A stretch of DNA of 64,000 nucleotides from Octopus vulgaris (taxonomy: Eukaryota), in NCBI GenBank assembly GCA_951406725.2, contig OX597818.1, positions 125,736,001 to 125,800,000 of the forward strand, in the 5' to 3' direction. Under the pieces are notes generated by a model, which did no database searches, was not told the DNA's origin, and was given only the letters and a program-made list of their open reading frames with translations. Positions 1 to 13,337 of the stretch are shown here, in pieces. Each line of letters starts with the position of its first letter. Position 1 is the first letter of the stretch. A program made the position numbers and the translations under genes.

Positions 1-151
1 TTCTATCGGTGTTGAGTGGGAAATCACAGAGAAGAGTGACATTTTGCCCTTCAACGACTGTTCATACCAGTAAGCAGAAGTACCGATTTTATAGTGTTTA
101 AATATTTTCCAATGTAAATACTGTCTTACCCTATCGTGGTTATTTTTGCAT

Positions 152-171
152 TATTGTTGTTGTTGTTGTTG

Positions 172-227
<56 letters not shown>

Positions 228-254
228 GGTGGTGGTAGTAGTAGTAGTAGTCGT
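152..254. repeat. Compound trinucleotide microsatellite (GTT)n/(GTA)n/(GTG)n
   Basis: Read directly from sequence. Confidence 0.95.
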
Positions 255-1329
255 CATGCTATTCCCATTAGGAATGTTAAACCTTTGTATAAAACTTGAT
301 TAAATGAACGAATATAGTTGAAACATTCCAATTAATTGTCCATCAAATGTAATGCATAACTCCCAGATATTGTTATCGAGGACTGTAAAACAACTACAAA
401 ATAATGTGGAACGAAAGAACAGTATGCATCTGATATAAATGTCAATTTAAAAATAGTGAAAAAGACAACATATGTCAAATTGAAGTTATTTTACAAAAGG
501 TTTAAGTTCATATCTGATTTGTTTTTGCACCGAGTTACCTTATTTAAAAACTTTTTTGAAATGAAGCATTTTTTAACGGACTTAAAAGTGCTGAGGGAAA
601 TTTTTCAGATTCACTCGATTATTTATGCATTTAAAGAAATTTTATGTTAAACACTTAACGTTATGTCATCTACACATCACCAGCATCAACATCAGCATGA
701 ACAACAATGATAATTACATTTACTATCTTAAGTTAGCCTTAGATTAAAATACTAGTATGTATATAACATTCATAATGTGTATACAAGCGTAGAGCGGCAC
801 TAGTTGTGATATTTTATCTAAGAGTAACTTCTCTTAAGAGATATGTGTGTTAAAAACACAGGTCTCTGCTCTGAAAACTGGCGGATCGCCAGGCTCAGTG
901 TTTCGATACGATTTGGTTACCTTCGTGACGAATTACCCAGACATTCTGAACTAAGCTACAAATGCTTATTCTGGTCAAGAAATAAGTAAACAAAACATAT
1001 AATGATTCGTGCGAAAGCTACCCAGGCTAGAATTAAATTAATATAAGCGCTTAAAATAGTCTAAGATTAAGATATGTGTTATACACACCGGTATTATAAT
1101 GATTATTGTTTCTTTTATAATATTGGGGTCCTAAGCATATAATACTGGGTCCTAAGCATATAACACAAAATATGTATTAGAAAAGTGTTGAAAACAGGAG
1201 ATGCACAGTTAGATACAATAAGCCTATATATTGGGGTAAGTTAAAAAGCTTGTAAAGCGTAATAATTTGCTTCTCACTCAGAGATCTTTTTTAAGGTAAT
1301 TAATTCCTGGGAAAATACATTGAGAAGAA

Positions 1330-1950
1330 GATGGAATGACACTGGTTAGAAATGCCTTATAAAACATTTTGAAGAAGTTTGAGTGGCCTGATAAATTTTT
1401 CTCCGTGTTTACATTTTGGAATGAAAGCATGTATCAACGTAATTGTTAAACTCTCTGATCCAACTTTGGTTGAGAATGTTGTTAAGCAAAGTATATGTCA
1501 GCGCTATCTCTGTTCACGTTGTAATTTGCAATTCTTTTCATGATAGGTTTTGATGTTTGCTTACATAAAATCTACATAAAATACCGAAAAAAAGGTTAGA
1601 TATTGAATATAAGACGGTTTGCTGCCCAAACAATGTCGTTCTCATCACTAATACACGAATTCCTATATGATCATAACAGTAATCCTGTTGTTCATTCCCA
1701 GAATGGCAAGCATCATCTTATGGACTCCTTCTCAACAGCGCATTGCAGTTGACAAGCAACTTAAAAGATAATTGTAATGCGCCAGACTGTGCCCGGTGAA
1801 GTTTGCTCTGAACCAAACATTTACGTGTATGGATAAAAATTACAAGTTGTGCATAAATTTGTATAATGTGATCATGGCAAAAACTTTTGATGATGAAAGC
1901 TCCTTCCGAATCAAGAAAGCCAGTAATAGCTTGCGGTCTATTTGGATAAT
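1330..1950 (+). mobile_element. Degenerate RTE-clade LINE reverse transcriptase fragment
   Basis: Manual translation across frameshifts and stops gives ILKKFEWPDKF, LHFGMKACI..LSDPTLVENVVKQ, IHEFLYDHN (decayed YADD), LMDSFSTA, PGEVCSEPNIYVYG*KLQVVHKFV and TFDDESSFRIKKAS, collinear with the RTE RT consensus. Confidence 0.75.
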
Positions 1951-2169
1951 TAAATTCCGAGGTTCAGCTGGCTACGAAACATATGTAGTCTGTATATTAT
2001 CTACTCCATTCCCTAATTTTTTGATGGTTATTCGCATAAACAGCAATCCCAATTGCAAGCGGCGAACTATAAAATAAGCTTTCTCAGCTTATCGTACTTC
2101 GATACGGCAAAATTTTACATTCGGCGCCAATAAACATGTTCCTGAAAGTTTTTTTTTTTATATCTTCTA

Positions 2170-2217
2170 TGTATATATATATATATATATACATATATAT
2201 ATCTATATATCTATCTA

Positions 2218-2259
<42 letters not shown>

Positions 2260-2273
2260 TATATAGGTATATA

Positions 2274-2304
<31 letters not shown>

Positions 2305-2317
2305 GGATATATATCTA

Positions 2318-2380
<63 letters not shown>

Positions 2381-2404
2381 TATATATATATATATATATA
2401 TATA

Positions 2405-2503
<99 letters not shown>

Positions 2504-2608
2504 ATATGTATATATATATGTATATATATATATACATAAATACACACACACATACATACATACATGCATACATACATACATACATACATACATACATACA
2601 TACATACA

Positions 2609-2642
<34 letters not shown>

Positions 2643-2650
2643 CATATATA
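2170..2650. repeat. (TA)n/(TACA)n microsatellite block
   Basis: Read directly; source of the spurious YIYI/MYVC ORFs. Confidence 0.97.
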
Positions 2651-3264
2651 CAGCCACGCATATACTTCCCACATATACACACAAATGTATACAGTATTTT
2701 TCAAGTTCGTTATTTGTTTCGCATACTGACTTGGATTCCTATGAGTTGAGAACAAAAAAAAAAGCCTTTCCAAGTATTTGAAAAAACTGTTCGCCCTTTT
2801 ATCTTGGCACGGTAGGTAGGCTTTGCTTATTTTGAAAGTAGCCATCCATTAGCCATTTCAACAATTACGAGCATGAGATAACGCCGTCACGTGATTGGAC
2901 TAGATCGGATTTCTCTGAAGAGTTATTACAACGAAAACAAAAATGAAGCAACAACCAAAGCAAAACGAAAAGGGCTTTTTATGTATAACAGAAAACGAGG
3001 AACAACAAAAGTGACATAGCGACCTCAAAATTAAATTTGATATGACTGTTATTCTTTTCTGTGTTGTTGTTACTGTTACTGCTGTTATTTAGTCCATGTC
3101 AACTCTAACATAGGCCGATCTATTTTTCTCTATTTTCAGACTGTGGGTCGTAATTTTAAAACATTTTGGCTGCGATTTCTAGCAGGAGAAGCAACCACCT
3201 GGTGTAGTAGGTTCCATGAAAAATTTTTAGTGTACTTTGAGAAAGATGTTTTTAATCATCTTTA

Positions 3265-3470
3265 ATCTCTTTCAGTTATTAGACTGCGGCCATGCTGGGG
3301 CACCGCCTTGAAGAACTTTTAGCCGAATGAATTGTCACGAGTATATATATATATATATATATATTAAGCGTGACACTTATTCTAGCAATCCATTTGCCGA
3401 ACCGCTAATTCACGATGACGTAAAGACACCAACAACGGTTAAGCAGTGATAGGACACAGACACACACACA
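3265..3470 (-). mobile_element. CORE-type SINE, 3' half (element split by later insertions)
   Basis: Reverse complement of the SINE tail ggcggtgccccagcatggccgcagtc..actgaaa and cttagcggttcggcaaa-like segment, as in copies at 5049, 26965 and 63780. Confidence 0.8.
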
Positions 3471-3528
3471 CGGACACACACACACACACTCTCACACACA
3501 CACACACACACGCACGCACGCACGCATA

Positions 3529-4382
3529 TTGGGTTGAGGAATAATTCATGAGCGTTTCAGAAATAAAAAACATTGACAAAATGTTTTATGTTATCTAAAA
3601 TAATTTTTTGCTTTACAAGATTGTGTGTTTTAATTTTTAAATTTTATAGATTTTTGTGTATTTTCAGATCATTTAAATGGAATGTCAAGTGGACAAAATT
3701 GGGCACTTTTGACACCATTTGCTTTTTGCATTTAATCGAGGTGCTAAGGCCGCCGAAGCTGCTCGTGAGATTTGTACTGTGTGTCTGGAGAAGGAGCAAT
3801 GTCTCAAAGTACCGCCCATCGTTGGTTTTCACGCTTCAGAAATGGCAATTTTGACCTCAAGGACGGATCACACACCAGTCGATCAACTGATTTCGATGAA
3901 GGCATAATTCATTACGAACTGCTTGAGCTCAACAAAACACTCAATGCGGAGCTCTACGTTTAGTAACTGCGCCGACTCAACGAAGCAGTTTAGCTCCCCC
4001 CCCACAAAAAAATAGAAACGAATAGGCGAAATGGCATTCTTCTGCAACACCACAACGTCCTTCCTCACATCGGCAATATGACCAAAGCTGCGATCGATTC
4101 AAGAACACGAATAGCACCGTCATCCCTTTCGACGGTTTTCGAACGCTTTGCACGATGTATCGTTCAATAATGACGTGGAATAGAAAGGGTTGGTTGGACT
4201 AATTCTTTGAGCCAAGGCCGGGAGATTTCTATCGCCGAGGCACCGGAAAAACTTATTGATCGATCGATGAGAGGAAGTCGTAAACAACAACGGAGAGTAT
4301 ATTATTGATTAATTTGCTGTAGTTTTTTTTTATTTAAAATAAATATGACAAAAAAACGTTCATGAATTATTCCTCAACTTAA
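3529..4382 (+). mobile_element. Internally deleted mariner transposon (transposase pseudogene)
   Basis: About 29-bp TIRs ttgggttgaggaataattcatgagcgttt / aaacgttcatgaattattcctcaacttaa with TA on both sides. Translation from ATG 3677 gives LLFAFNRGAKAAEAAREIC, RWFSRFRNGNFDLKD, then jumps to GIIHYELL. Stops and frameshifts present. Confidence 0.93.
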
Positions 4383-4570
4383 TATAATTAATATAAATAG
4401 CTAGGCGCAATGTAATACCATAAAGAAAACATTTAACTGTCACTAAGTGTGCTGAAGCACCTACATTGCTAGAAATAAGAGTTAAAAACTCTTAATGCTG
4501 TAAGAAGAGCACAATATATATACACTGACAGGGGACGTAACCGTCTCATGACCGTCTCTATAATCTCTAG

Positions 4571-4612
4571 ACTAGACCTAGTTTCGCCTATTTTGTAAGC
4601 AACGTCAGTAGT
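4571..4612 (-). ncRNA. Degenerate minimal type I hammerhead ribozyme (A9 replaced by U)
   Basis: Minus strand: acta CTGACGT t gctta caaaa taggc GAAA ctagg TC tagt; stems I and II pair. Confidence 0.55.
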
Positions 4613-4659
4613 GACTACTCAAACAGTCCAAGGTTTAGCTAATTCCGTCTCTATATACC

Positions 4660-4820
4660 CGATGGGCTTCTTTCTGCTTCCACCTGCCAAACCCACTTAC
4701 ATTACTTTGGTTGGCCCGAGGCTACAGTAGAAGACACAAGCCCAATTGCAAAACAGTGGGACTGAACCCAGGACATTGTGGTTGGTAAGCAAGTTTCTTG
4801 CCATACAACTACGCCTGTGC
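4660..4820 (-). mobile_element. CORE-type SINE, 5' tRNA-like head plus core
   Basis: Reverse complement matches the head/core of the 5049 copy (gggttcagtcccactg..gtgtcttctactgtagcctcgggccaaccaaa). Confidence 0.8.
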
Positions 4821-5048
4821 TTGTAGTATATTGAATAAAAATTAATTATACTAAACAAATTTCTAAAATTAGGTAGTGAGGCATGTTTTTCTTTTCTGTT
4901 TTGACTTCTTTGAATAAAGTCTCAAACTAAAACAATTTTTTTATTATTTAGAAAGTTACTGTAATTAAAGAGGTGTTTTCGTAAAATATTGGTGTGAGAT
5001 ACGGAAGTTTTTTTCTGAACTCGTATGTTTCTACATGGGATTTATATT

Positions 5049-5240
5049 TGGCTGTGTGGTAAGAAGTTTGTTTCCTAACTACATGGTTCTGGGTTCAGTC
5101 CCACTGCGTTTCACCTTGAACAAGTGTCTTCTACTACAGCCTCAGGCTTACCAAAACCTTGTGGGTGGATTTGGTAGACGGAAACTGAAAGAAACTCGTC
5201 GTGCGTGTGTATGTGTATGTGCGTGTGTGGTGCGTGTGTC

Positions 5241-5278
<38 letters not shown>

Positions 5279-5468
5279 TGTCCGCGCTTGTCCCCAACCA
5301 CTGCTTGATAAGCGGTGTCGATGTGTTTACTTGTCCGAAACTTAGCGGTTTATTTTGCCGAACAACAAACAAACCGCTAGAATAAATAGTAAGCTTTAAA
5401 AAGCATAAGCTTTTCGACCAGCTCAGCCAGTTCAGGGACTGAAGCAAGTAAAAGATAAAAGATAAAAG
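5049..5468 (+). mobile_element. CORE-type tRNA-derived SINE (family A), near full length
   Basis: A-box-like tggctgtgtggtaag, B-box-like ggttcagtccc, CORE-like ccttgaacaagtgtcttctac, central (TG)n, tail ending ctgaagcaagt(aaaagat)n. Confidence 0.88.
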
Positions 5469-7149
5469 ATTTATATGTATCAGAATATATGTATCACAAT
5501 TTGCTTGTCATTGTATGGTGACTCGATTAGAGATCCAGATCCGAAACGAAAACACTTGTATGGCAGACACGTCAATTTTAAGATTTAAGGAATCCTGTGA
5601 GCTGTTATATCCATCTGCTTTTATTTCCCTGCCACAGTATTGCAGCAAATGCGACGAAATTTTTTGACACTTCATAGTCGTCAGTGTTATTAAAAGACAA
5701 ACGAAAGCGAATGTAACAGTTTATGTGTGTTCTTAAATGTCTAACATGATTCTTCCGCTATATAATTGCATTAATTCCAGCAAAGGACCGCAGATCAACT
5801 TACTTTGCCAAACAAATATAACATCGAAATATAAATATATATTTCAGCATACATACATACATACATACATACATACATACATACATACATACATACATAC
5901 ATGCATGCATACATACATACATACAAACATGCATACATAAGGTACTTACAAACTTATATACAAGGTTATATACATATAGAAATACATGGGCACATATGTT
6001 AAATTTTGGGGGGCAACAATTTAATAAGAACTTCCTTAAATTATGTCATTTTGTTTTTTTTAAGAACAATCAAACATAAGTGCCCCCACCCTTATAATAA
6101 AACAGAAGCTGTGGTCTTCGTGGGTGGTGAGTCTGAGGTCTGTCTACATTATTTTATTCGTTAATAAAGATCTGAGGTAATCGCGGCTCTGTGAGTGTAG
6201 CTTGGCCTTTCCTTCTGTGTAAGTATGTGTGTATGTTATATATATGTCCATGTAATACATATATACACATATATATTGTGGATGCGTGTTATCTACACAT
6301 TCATTTGTATATATGTGTATATGAATGAGCGTATATGTGATTACAAACTTGTTCACTCACGGAGTATATATTTGTGCGTGTGTGTGTGTGTTCGGATGTG
6401 TGCGCGCATGCGTGTAAAATTATTATTGTCTTTGTTCTTTAGTTTTGCTAACCTCTCCCAGACTAACGCGGTAGTCAACCGAAACTGGTGACAATAATTC
6501 CAGTTGAGGCGCCCGTCTTAATAAATGAATAAGGGCAACAGACCCTCTGCATTTCATATAGAAACATTATTTACAACAACAACAATACCCTCACTATGTA
6601 CATGTATGTGTGTGCGTATATGTGTACGCATTCATGTAAATGTGTGCGCCTGTATTTGTGTAATGTGTTTATGCAAGTATGATATGCTAGTTAATGTGAG
6701 TGAGAATGTAATGTATAAGTGTGTTCGTGTGCATATTTTTGTATATGTAGTGTAGGTTTTTTTAGTGTGATATTAATGTATCACTATATTTGTGTGTGTT
6801 TCTTTGTGTGTCAATGTGTGTAAGCTTGTGTCTTAATTAAGTTTTAGTTTACTGATTTTTATTAATTTTTGTGATAATCCAGTCTTCAACACCGAGAAGA
6901 CTGGATGATGTATTCATTCTTCACCACGACCAAGATAAGTGACCTTTTTCACTCATTTTCCTTCAACACAGTTGTTCTCAGAGTTGATTACATAAATACA
7001 CGAGTGAAAGGAAATAGATCTGACACTCTCTTCTTAGCCAAGTTTTCACTGACTTACAGTGGATGATGAGGTTGGAGTGATAGGTAATAGTCTACAAGGA
7101 CATTCTGAAATGTAAACGAAAATGACTCGCGTAAAAGTGCCTATTCTCA

Positions 7150-7900
7150 GCATGTAGCTGTAGGACAGAGATCAAAAGCACAACAGAGAATATATGCTGG
7201 ATCTTTTGCTGTTCTTGGAGTATCTAATCTGCTGTTACAAAATTGATTTCTGTTGGTATGTTTTGTTTGTTTTTTGATTTGTTGTGTCTAATGTACTTTC
7301 TTTGTAGTTCGTTCTGGTGTCCTTCCCTCACCCTTTTCCTTTCTATGATTGTAAGAGTCCGTCCAAGACCTTTAGTTGTTCACTTTGGTTCTCAAGTCTT
7401 CGTTCCCACCATAGAACTTTATCCTTTGTTATCCTTTGGCTTTTAACCCCCAAAATTTGCACAGCAACAGAAGCTGCGCAGTATATAAGATCGTTTAGGT
7501 CTGTTATATTTTTCAGTATATATTTTCACTGACAGCTCGTCCCTCTTTATTCACTTATTTAGTTAATTTTCCTCTTCCAAAATCCTCTCAAAGCGGGTAG
7601 TCACTTTCTTTCGCTATTTGGTGTCTCATTCAGGCGTTGTAGTAAGTGTCTCTCTTCCTCTGTAGCAATCTTTCCTTCGCCTGAGCAGCTGTTTGTTTTT
7701 TGAGGATTGATCCTTCAACTAATACCTGATTTTGTTCTGCTTTCTTTTCATTGTGTTCATCGTAGTTCTGTTCACATTCTTTCACTATTGTGAAGATTTC
7801 TTCCAGTCCAAACTGGGATAACCATTGTCTTTACACGAATAGATTTTCTTGGTCCACAGATCTTTGTTCACTACGGGATCCTTAATCACCTGACGATGTC
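7150..7900 (-). mobile_element. Degenerate R4/Dong-like non-LTR retrotransposon fragment, region N-terminal to RT
   Basis: Minus-strand translation NITDLNDLIYCAASVAVQILGVK..KVLWWERRLENQ..HQNELQRKY resembles the R4/Dong pre-RT region; boundaries approximate. Confidence 0.55.
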
Positions 7901-8843
7901 TCGACGGCGATGGGCACATACTGATAGCGGTCGGCCAGGCCTGTGTATTTATTGATATTTCTATTCTCTTGTTTCATACGATCTGAGTAATATAAAGCTT
8001 TCCTTTCATAAGTCCCAAAATAAGCTACTGGTTGAAATAATTGGGAATGTGTATCATATACGATGCATAGATGCTATAGAAATATATCTTGTGTATCATA
8101 TGTGAAACACGAAACAAGTAAAGAATTATGCGAGATTCGGCAGCTATTTCTAGCAGGTCGGGGGACCATGTACAAACTTTTTTATTGTTTCATTTATGTG
8201 GTTGTTGCAGGCGGCAAAGGTGATTTAAGCCGTGGAGATAATTCGGAGATGATTTGAAGTAATGATGGCGGTTGTGATAACGATGTTTTTCTTTAAGCCG
8301 TGCTGATCTCTAATCGAGAAAGCCTATGATGAAAGGCCTTCTAAGCATGCCGAACACGTCTCTTTTACCAGACAGTAGTGTGAGATGACAAAGATTTTGG
8401 GACTGCTTTTTCTAAGAAGTCGGGCGACTGCAGGGCTGGTCCTTCGTTGGCTCTCGGTGTTATCAATATCGGTGGTAGTGGCGGCAATGGGGATGATAGT
8501 AGTAGTGGTGATGGCGGTGGTGGGGACAGTGGTGGTGTTGGTAGTTGTGATAGCGGTGGTACTGATGTTGGTAGCAATGGTGGTACTGACAGGAGTGATG
8601 ATGGTGATGTTGGTGGCGGTAATGATGTAGTGAAGATGATGTTGGTGGAACTAATGATATGGTGGGAGTGGTAATGGTAGCGGTAGTGGTGGTGGCTGTG
8701 ATGGTATGGGTGCTGATCATACTAGTGGTTTGTGACGTTGGTGTCAGTGGAAGTAGGAGTGATGGTATAGGCGTTGGAGTGCATCGTCATGGAAGAAACA
8801 TGGTGAGGATAACGGCTTAGTTTGCGGTGGTATTTAATGATCT

Positions 8844-9078
8844 GGCGGCGAGCTGGCAGAAACGTTAGCACACCGGGCGAAATGCGTAGCCGTATTTTGT
8901 CTGCCATTACGTTCTGAGTTCAAATTCTGCCGAGGTCGAATATGCCGTTCATCCTTTCGGGGTCGATAAATTAAGTACTAGTTACGCACTGGGGTCGATG
9001 TAATCGACTTAATCCGTTTGTCTGTCCTTGTTTGTCCTCTCTGTGTTTAGCCCCTTGTGGGTAGTAAAAAAATAGGTA
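8844..9078 (+). mobile_element. tRNA-derived SINE family B (Meta/Sauria-like central domain)
   Basis: ggcggcgagctggcagaaacgttagc head, gagttcaaattc B-box, gccgaggtcga..ttcatcctttcggggtcgataaattaagtac core; repeated at 29229 and 58663. Confidence 0.88.
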
Positions 9079-9589
9079 TCTAATGATCTGCAAATAATGA
9101 TTGGCGGAGTAGTTGCGATAAAAACGGTTGTGATGGTATAAGAGATAGTAGTGATGGTGGTGATGATGATGGAGCGGTGATAGTGATGTTAGTAGATCGG
9201 AGTTTGTGTGAAAAATAGCTTGCTGTCAAGAAGTTTGTATAGCGGAAATCGCTTTTCACGACACTCTTCTTCATCATTTAATCATTCTCTTCTCCCTACA
9301 TACTCTTCCCCTCTCTGCTCCTTCTCAACCCTATTAACTTCATTCTAATCCACAACTTCCTTCCCTTCCTTTTCTTCCTTCTCCTCCTCCTTCTTCCCCC
9401 CCACCACCTTCATCGTAGCTAACCATGATCATCGAAGATAGCATTTCTAACAATACCCACAATCATCTGAATCATTTTCCTTCTCTTCCTACTATGAATA
9501 ATAACAGCAACAACAACAGCACCATCATCATCAACATCACCATCAACCGCAGCGGCAGCAGCAACAACAGCAACAATAATAATAATCAT

Positions 9590-9787
9590 TTCTACTAAGG
9601 CACAAGGCCTGAAATTTGGGGGGAGAGAACTTATATCGAGAGAACCACTATATCGACACCAGTGCTTCACTCGTACTTAAATCCACTCCGAAAGAATGAA
9701 AGACAAAGTCGACTTCGGTGGAATTTGAACTCAGAACATAAAGACGTATGAAATACCGCGTGCTAACGATTCCGCCAGCTCGCCACC

Positions 9788-9788
<1 letters not shown>
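9590..9788 (-). mobile_element. SINE family B copy
   Basis: Reverse complement of head and core (aaagtcgacttcggtggaatttgaactcagaac..tgctaacgattccgccagctcgcc). Confidence 0.8.
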
Positions 9789-9873
<85 letters not shown>

Positions 9874-9883
9874 AATAATAATA
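9789..9883. repeat. (AAT)n(GAT)n microsatellite
   Basis: Read directly. Confidence 0.95.
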
Positions 9884-9904
9884 AGCCTTTCTACTTGGGC
9901 ACAA

Positions 9905-10385
9905 GGATATTTTCATTTCCAAGGCCTGTTTTGTCAGATTTTTCTAGTTAACTAAATAATTTGAAACTTCGTATATTGGTAGAGTGTCTCAAAAGAAAAC
10001 ACTAGTTTCAACTTGTTTATTTGAGAAAAATGTATTTTATAACTTTAAGGGTAGATTAAATCTGCGAATTTTAACCAATCGTATTGTTTGTTTTCATTTG
10101 AAATAATTAACTCCATTATCTTAGTATGACGTAGAAAGCTATTTTGTGACGTAGACAGCTGTGCGTAGGTCTGTGTTTTGTGTGCGTGTGTGTGTGTTTG
10201 ATGGGGTGTGGGAGACAGAAAGTATGTTGTGTAAGTGAAGTACTTCTGTTAGTGTGTGTGAAGAGACAGAGAGAGTAATGTGTGAAAGAGAGAGATAACT
10301 GAAATTTTTTACTCGGTGTATGTGTATATGTATGTATGCATTATGTGTGTGTGTGTGTGTATGTATCTATGTATGTGTGTGTGTA

Positions 10386-10431
<46 letters not shown>

Positions 10432-11046
10432 GCCGATTCAGTGTTTACATTATTTCGAGTTAAAACGAAAGATTACCAAAAAAAATTTTGTCTATATCTT
10501 CGATCACTGTCATTATTCCATTGAGTCAACCTCATTATTTTCTACATAGCAAAGGTAATCTTTCGTTTTAACTCGAAATAATGTAAACACCGAATCGGCC
10601 ATACATACACACACACACATACATACACACACATACGAAAGATTGCCAAAGATAAAAAGTTACAGAAATAAAAGTTACACGAATAAAGTAAGGAATAAAA
10701 ATCACAAAAAATATACGAAAATTTACAAAAACTAAGTTAGTTATATAATATATAAGTTTAATATATAAGTTAGTTAATAATATATTTAAAAAATGTGTTA
10801 AATACGTCAGCAAAATAGCCGTTTACGTCTATTGAGACGGAGTAAATAATATGAAGCCGAAAGACCGAATACCATTGGTTAAAATTCTAATTATTAAACA
10901 ACGTTAAACTTTGAAATTGCAATTCCGTTTTCATTCTGGTTTACAATTATGTTTTCTTTTGACACATTCTACCAGTATACGAAGTTTCAAATTGTTTGGT
11001 TAAGTAGGAAAAATCTGAAAAACAGGCCTTGGAAATGAAAAGATCC
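9905..11046. mobile_element. Merlin-like MITE inserted in a family B SINE
   Basis: About 100-bp imperfect TIRs starting GG and ending CC; exact 8-bp TSD gggcacaa at 9897-9904 and 11047-11054; the SINE sequence resumes after the TSD. Confidence 0.85.
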
Positions 11047-11171
11047 GGGCACAAGGCCTGGAATTTGTGGGGAGGAGGATAGTCGGTTACATCGACCGCA
11101 GTACTTGACTGGTTCTTATTTTATCGACTCCGAAAGAATGCAAGGCAAAGTCGACATCGGCGGAATTTGAA
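11047..11171 (-). mobile_element. SINE family B remainder (interrupted by the MITE)
   Basis: gggcacaaggcctggaattt..ttatcgactccgaaagaatgcaaggcaaagtcgacatcggcggaatttgaa. Confidence 0.8.
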
Positions 11172-11195
11172 AGTAATAATAATAATAATAATAAC

Positions 11196-11237
<42 letters not shown>

Positions 11238-11976
11238 AGTTTCGCCGCACCCACATTTCTGTCGTTCTGTTAGTTAATAAGAAAAATATTCGGCATCGGG
11301 TGTTCACCTTACTGTTTTCTTCCTTTACCCTTTTGTTTGAGGTCACTACATCAATTTTCACTCACAGCTGAATGTTGCTTCGGTTTAAGATATGTAGAAA
11401 GATAGACGTGAACATGCTGAAAGAATGGTACCAATTTTCAGTCAGAAGCTTACCGAAAATAAGATTAATTATCTGTTTTCTTGCACTCCTCTTTCTTTAA
11501 CTGATATCATTTAGTGATTTCATAGAATGAAGGAAAAAATATGTTTGAATTTTATTTATTTATTTATTTGTTTATTTATTATTTCTAGAATGATTTCTGA
11601 GAAAAAATATAACCATACCAGACCGAAATAATGCTGTAATGCTTCTGTGAAAAGAAGGTCCGCCTCGCAACCACTTGCCTCCCCGCTTGGTACCTCCATC
11701 ACATGTCTTCTATCATAGCTTCGGGTTGTCCAATATATAGTAAGAGAAATTTAGTAGAAAATAAAACATGTGCAGAAAATGGTTAGAATACTTGGCTTTC
11801 ATCCAGGCGGCTCGAATTCGATTCTTACTATGGAAACGTTTATTTTTTAGGCGCAACTTAATTAGCCCACGGAGGAACAATACATTGAAATGAATAGTAG
11901 GCGGAAACTGTGTGAAGCCCGTCCTATATCTGACTATTAATCTATCTGACTGTCTGTCTGACCGTCCGTCCGTCCG

Positions 11977-12033
<57 letters not shown>

Positions 12034-12664
12034 ATCTATATATATAAACACACACACACACACACACAAACACGACACAAACACACTCACACATACATAT
12101 ATAAATTTGTGTGTATGTGTATAGTTTGCTTTGCATTTGTCTCCCCCCCCCCCCATCTACGCCTCACACCACCATTTGCTTGCGTCCTTGTAACTTAACG
12201 GTTCGTCAATAGAGATAGAGAGAATAAGGCTTAATAGTAAGTGCTAGTGTCGATTTGTTTCACTAAAGCCTTTTAGGTGGTGCCCCAGTGTGACCGTAGG
12301 CCAAAGAAGTAAAAGGTCAAAGTTAAGATATAATATATGGGAGTGTGTTTGTGTGTGTCTTTGTGAGTGTGTGAGTGTGAGTACATTCTCACACATACAC
12401 ACATATATACACTCAAGCATACACTCACACATACCAACACGCTCTTTAATTGACAATACCTGTCAATTACTGTAAATAAATGTGTTATATTACATTCCAG
12501 ATTCCGTTAACCTGCTAAACACCGTAATGAAATTTAACCTTGTAGAATGACTACAAACATAATGTATATAGGTATGTGTATATATTTCTCTGTGTGTGCA
12601 CTTCCGAGTGTTTCCTATATGTATGTATGTATGTATGTATTTATGTATGTATGTATATATACAA

Positions 12665-12749
<85 letters not shown>

Positions 12750-12947
12750 CATTACAGATATAGGGTAAAATATTATAAATTTAATAAATTAACAAATTTT
12801 ACCAAAGTAGTTTCGGTATGGAAAAGAACCATATTCAGTAAAAACTTATACAAAAAGTTTTTTTATATATTATTATAACAATAATTAAGGGTTTAGCAAC
12901 AAGTTGCTTCACCACATACCGAAAATTTAGAAATAGCAGCCAAAAGA

Positions 12948-12994
<47 letters not shown>

Positions 12995-13039
12995 GAAATC
13001 TAATAGATATAAATTAATTTATTAATTAACTCACATATT

Positions 13040-13133
13040 CACCTACGATTGTTTCATTTCACAAACAACATTAAAATTACAAAACATATATAATTTTGCA
13101 TTTTAAATACCCCGTGTTTAAATCATCAGGGAG
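13040..13133 (-). ncRNA. Type I hammerhead motif with long AU-rich stem II (stems partly decayed)
   Basis: Minus strand: ctcc CTGATGA [about 67-nt hairpin] GAAA caatcg TA ggtg; related to the GAAACGATCGTA motif at 15709. Confidence 0.6.
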
Positions 13134-13337
13134 GGTGTACAAAGGACAATACAAGAATTCATTTAAAATACGTTTGGAATATGCAAAATATATAGACATG
13201 TTTATTATGTGTGTATGCATATGTGTGTGTGCATATGTGTGTATGCACACGCACATACACACACACGCACACACACACCCGCACATAAACACACATACCC
13301 ACAAACTCATACCCACACACACATACACATACATATA

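Noticed and set aside
2905-2945. CTGAAGA gtt attac aac GAAA hammerhead-like core
   Set aside because: No UH site followed by a stem I complement.
5049-5110. tRNA gene
   Set aside because: The A/B-box-like head belongs to a SINE; no cloverleaf can be formed.
7885-7925. CTGACGA motif
   Set aside because: No downstream GAAA or closing stems.
8365-8720. Gly/Asp-rich, Val-rich and His-rich overlapping ORFs
   Set aside because: Decayed (GGT/GAT)n low-complexity DNA with no splice or domain evidence.
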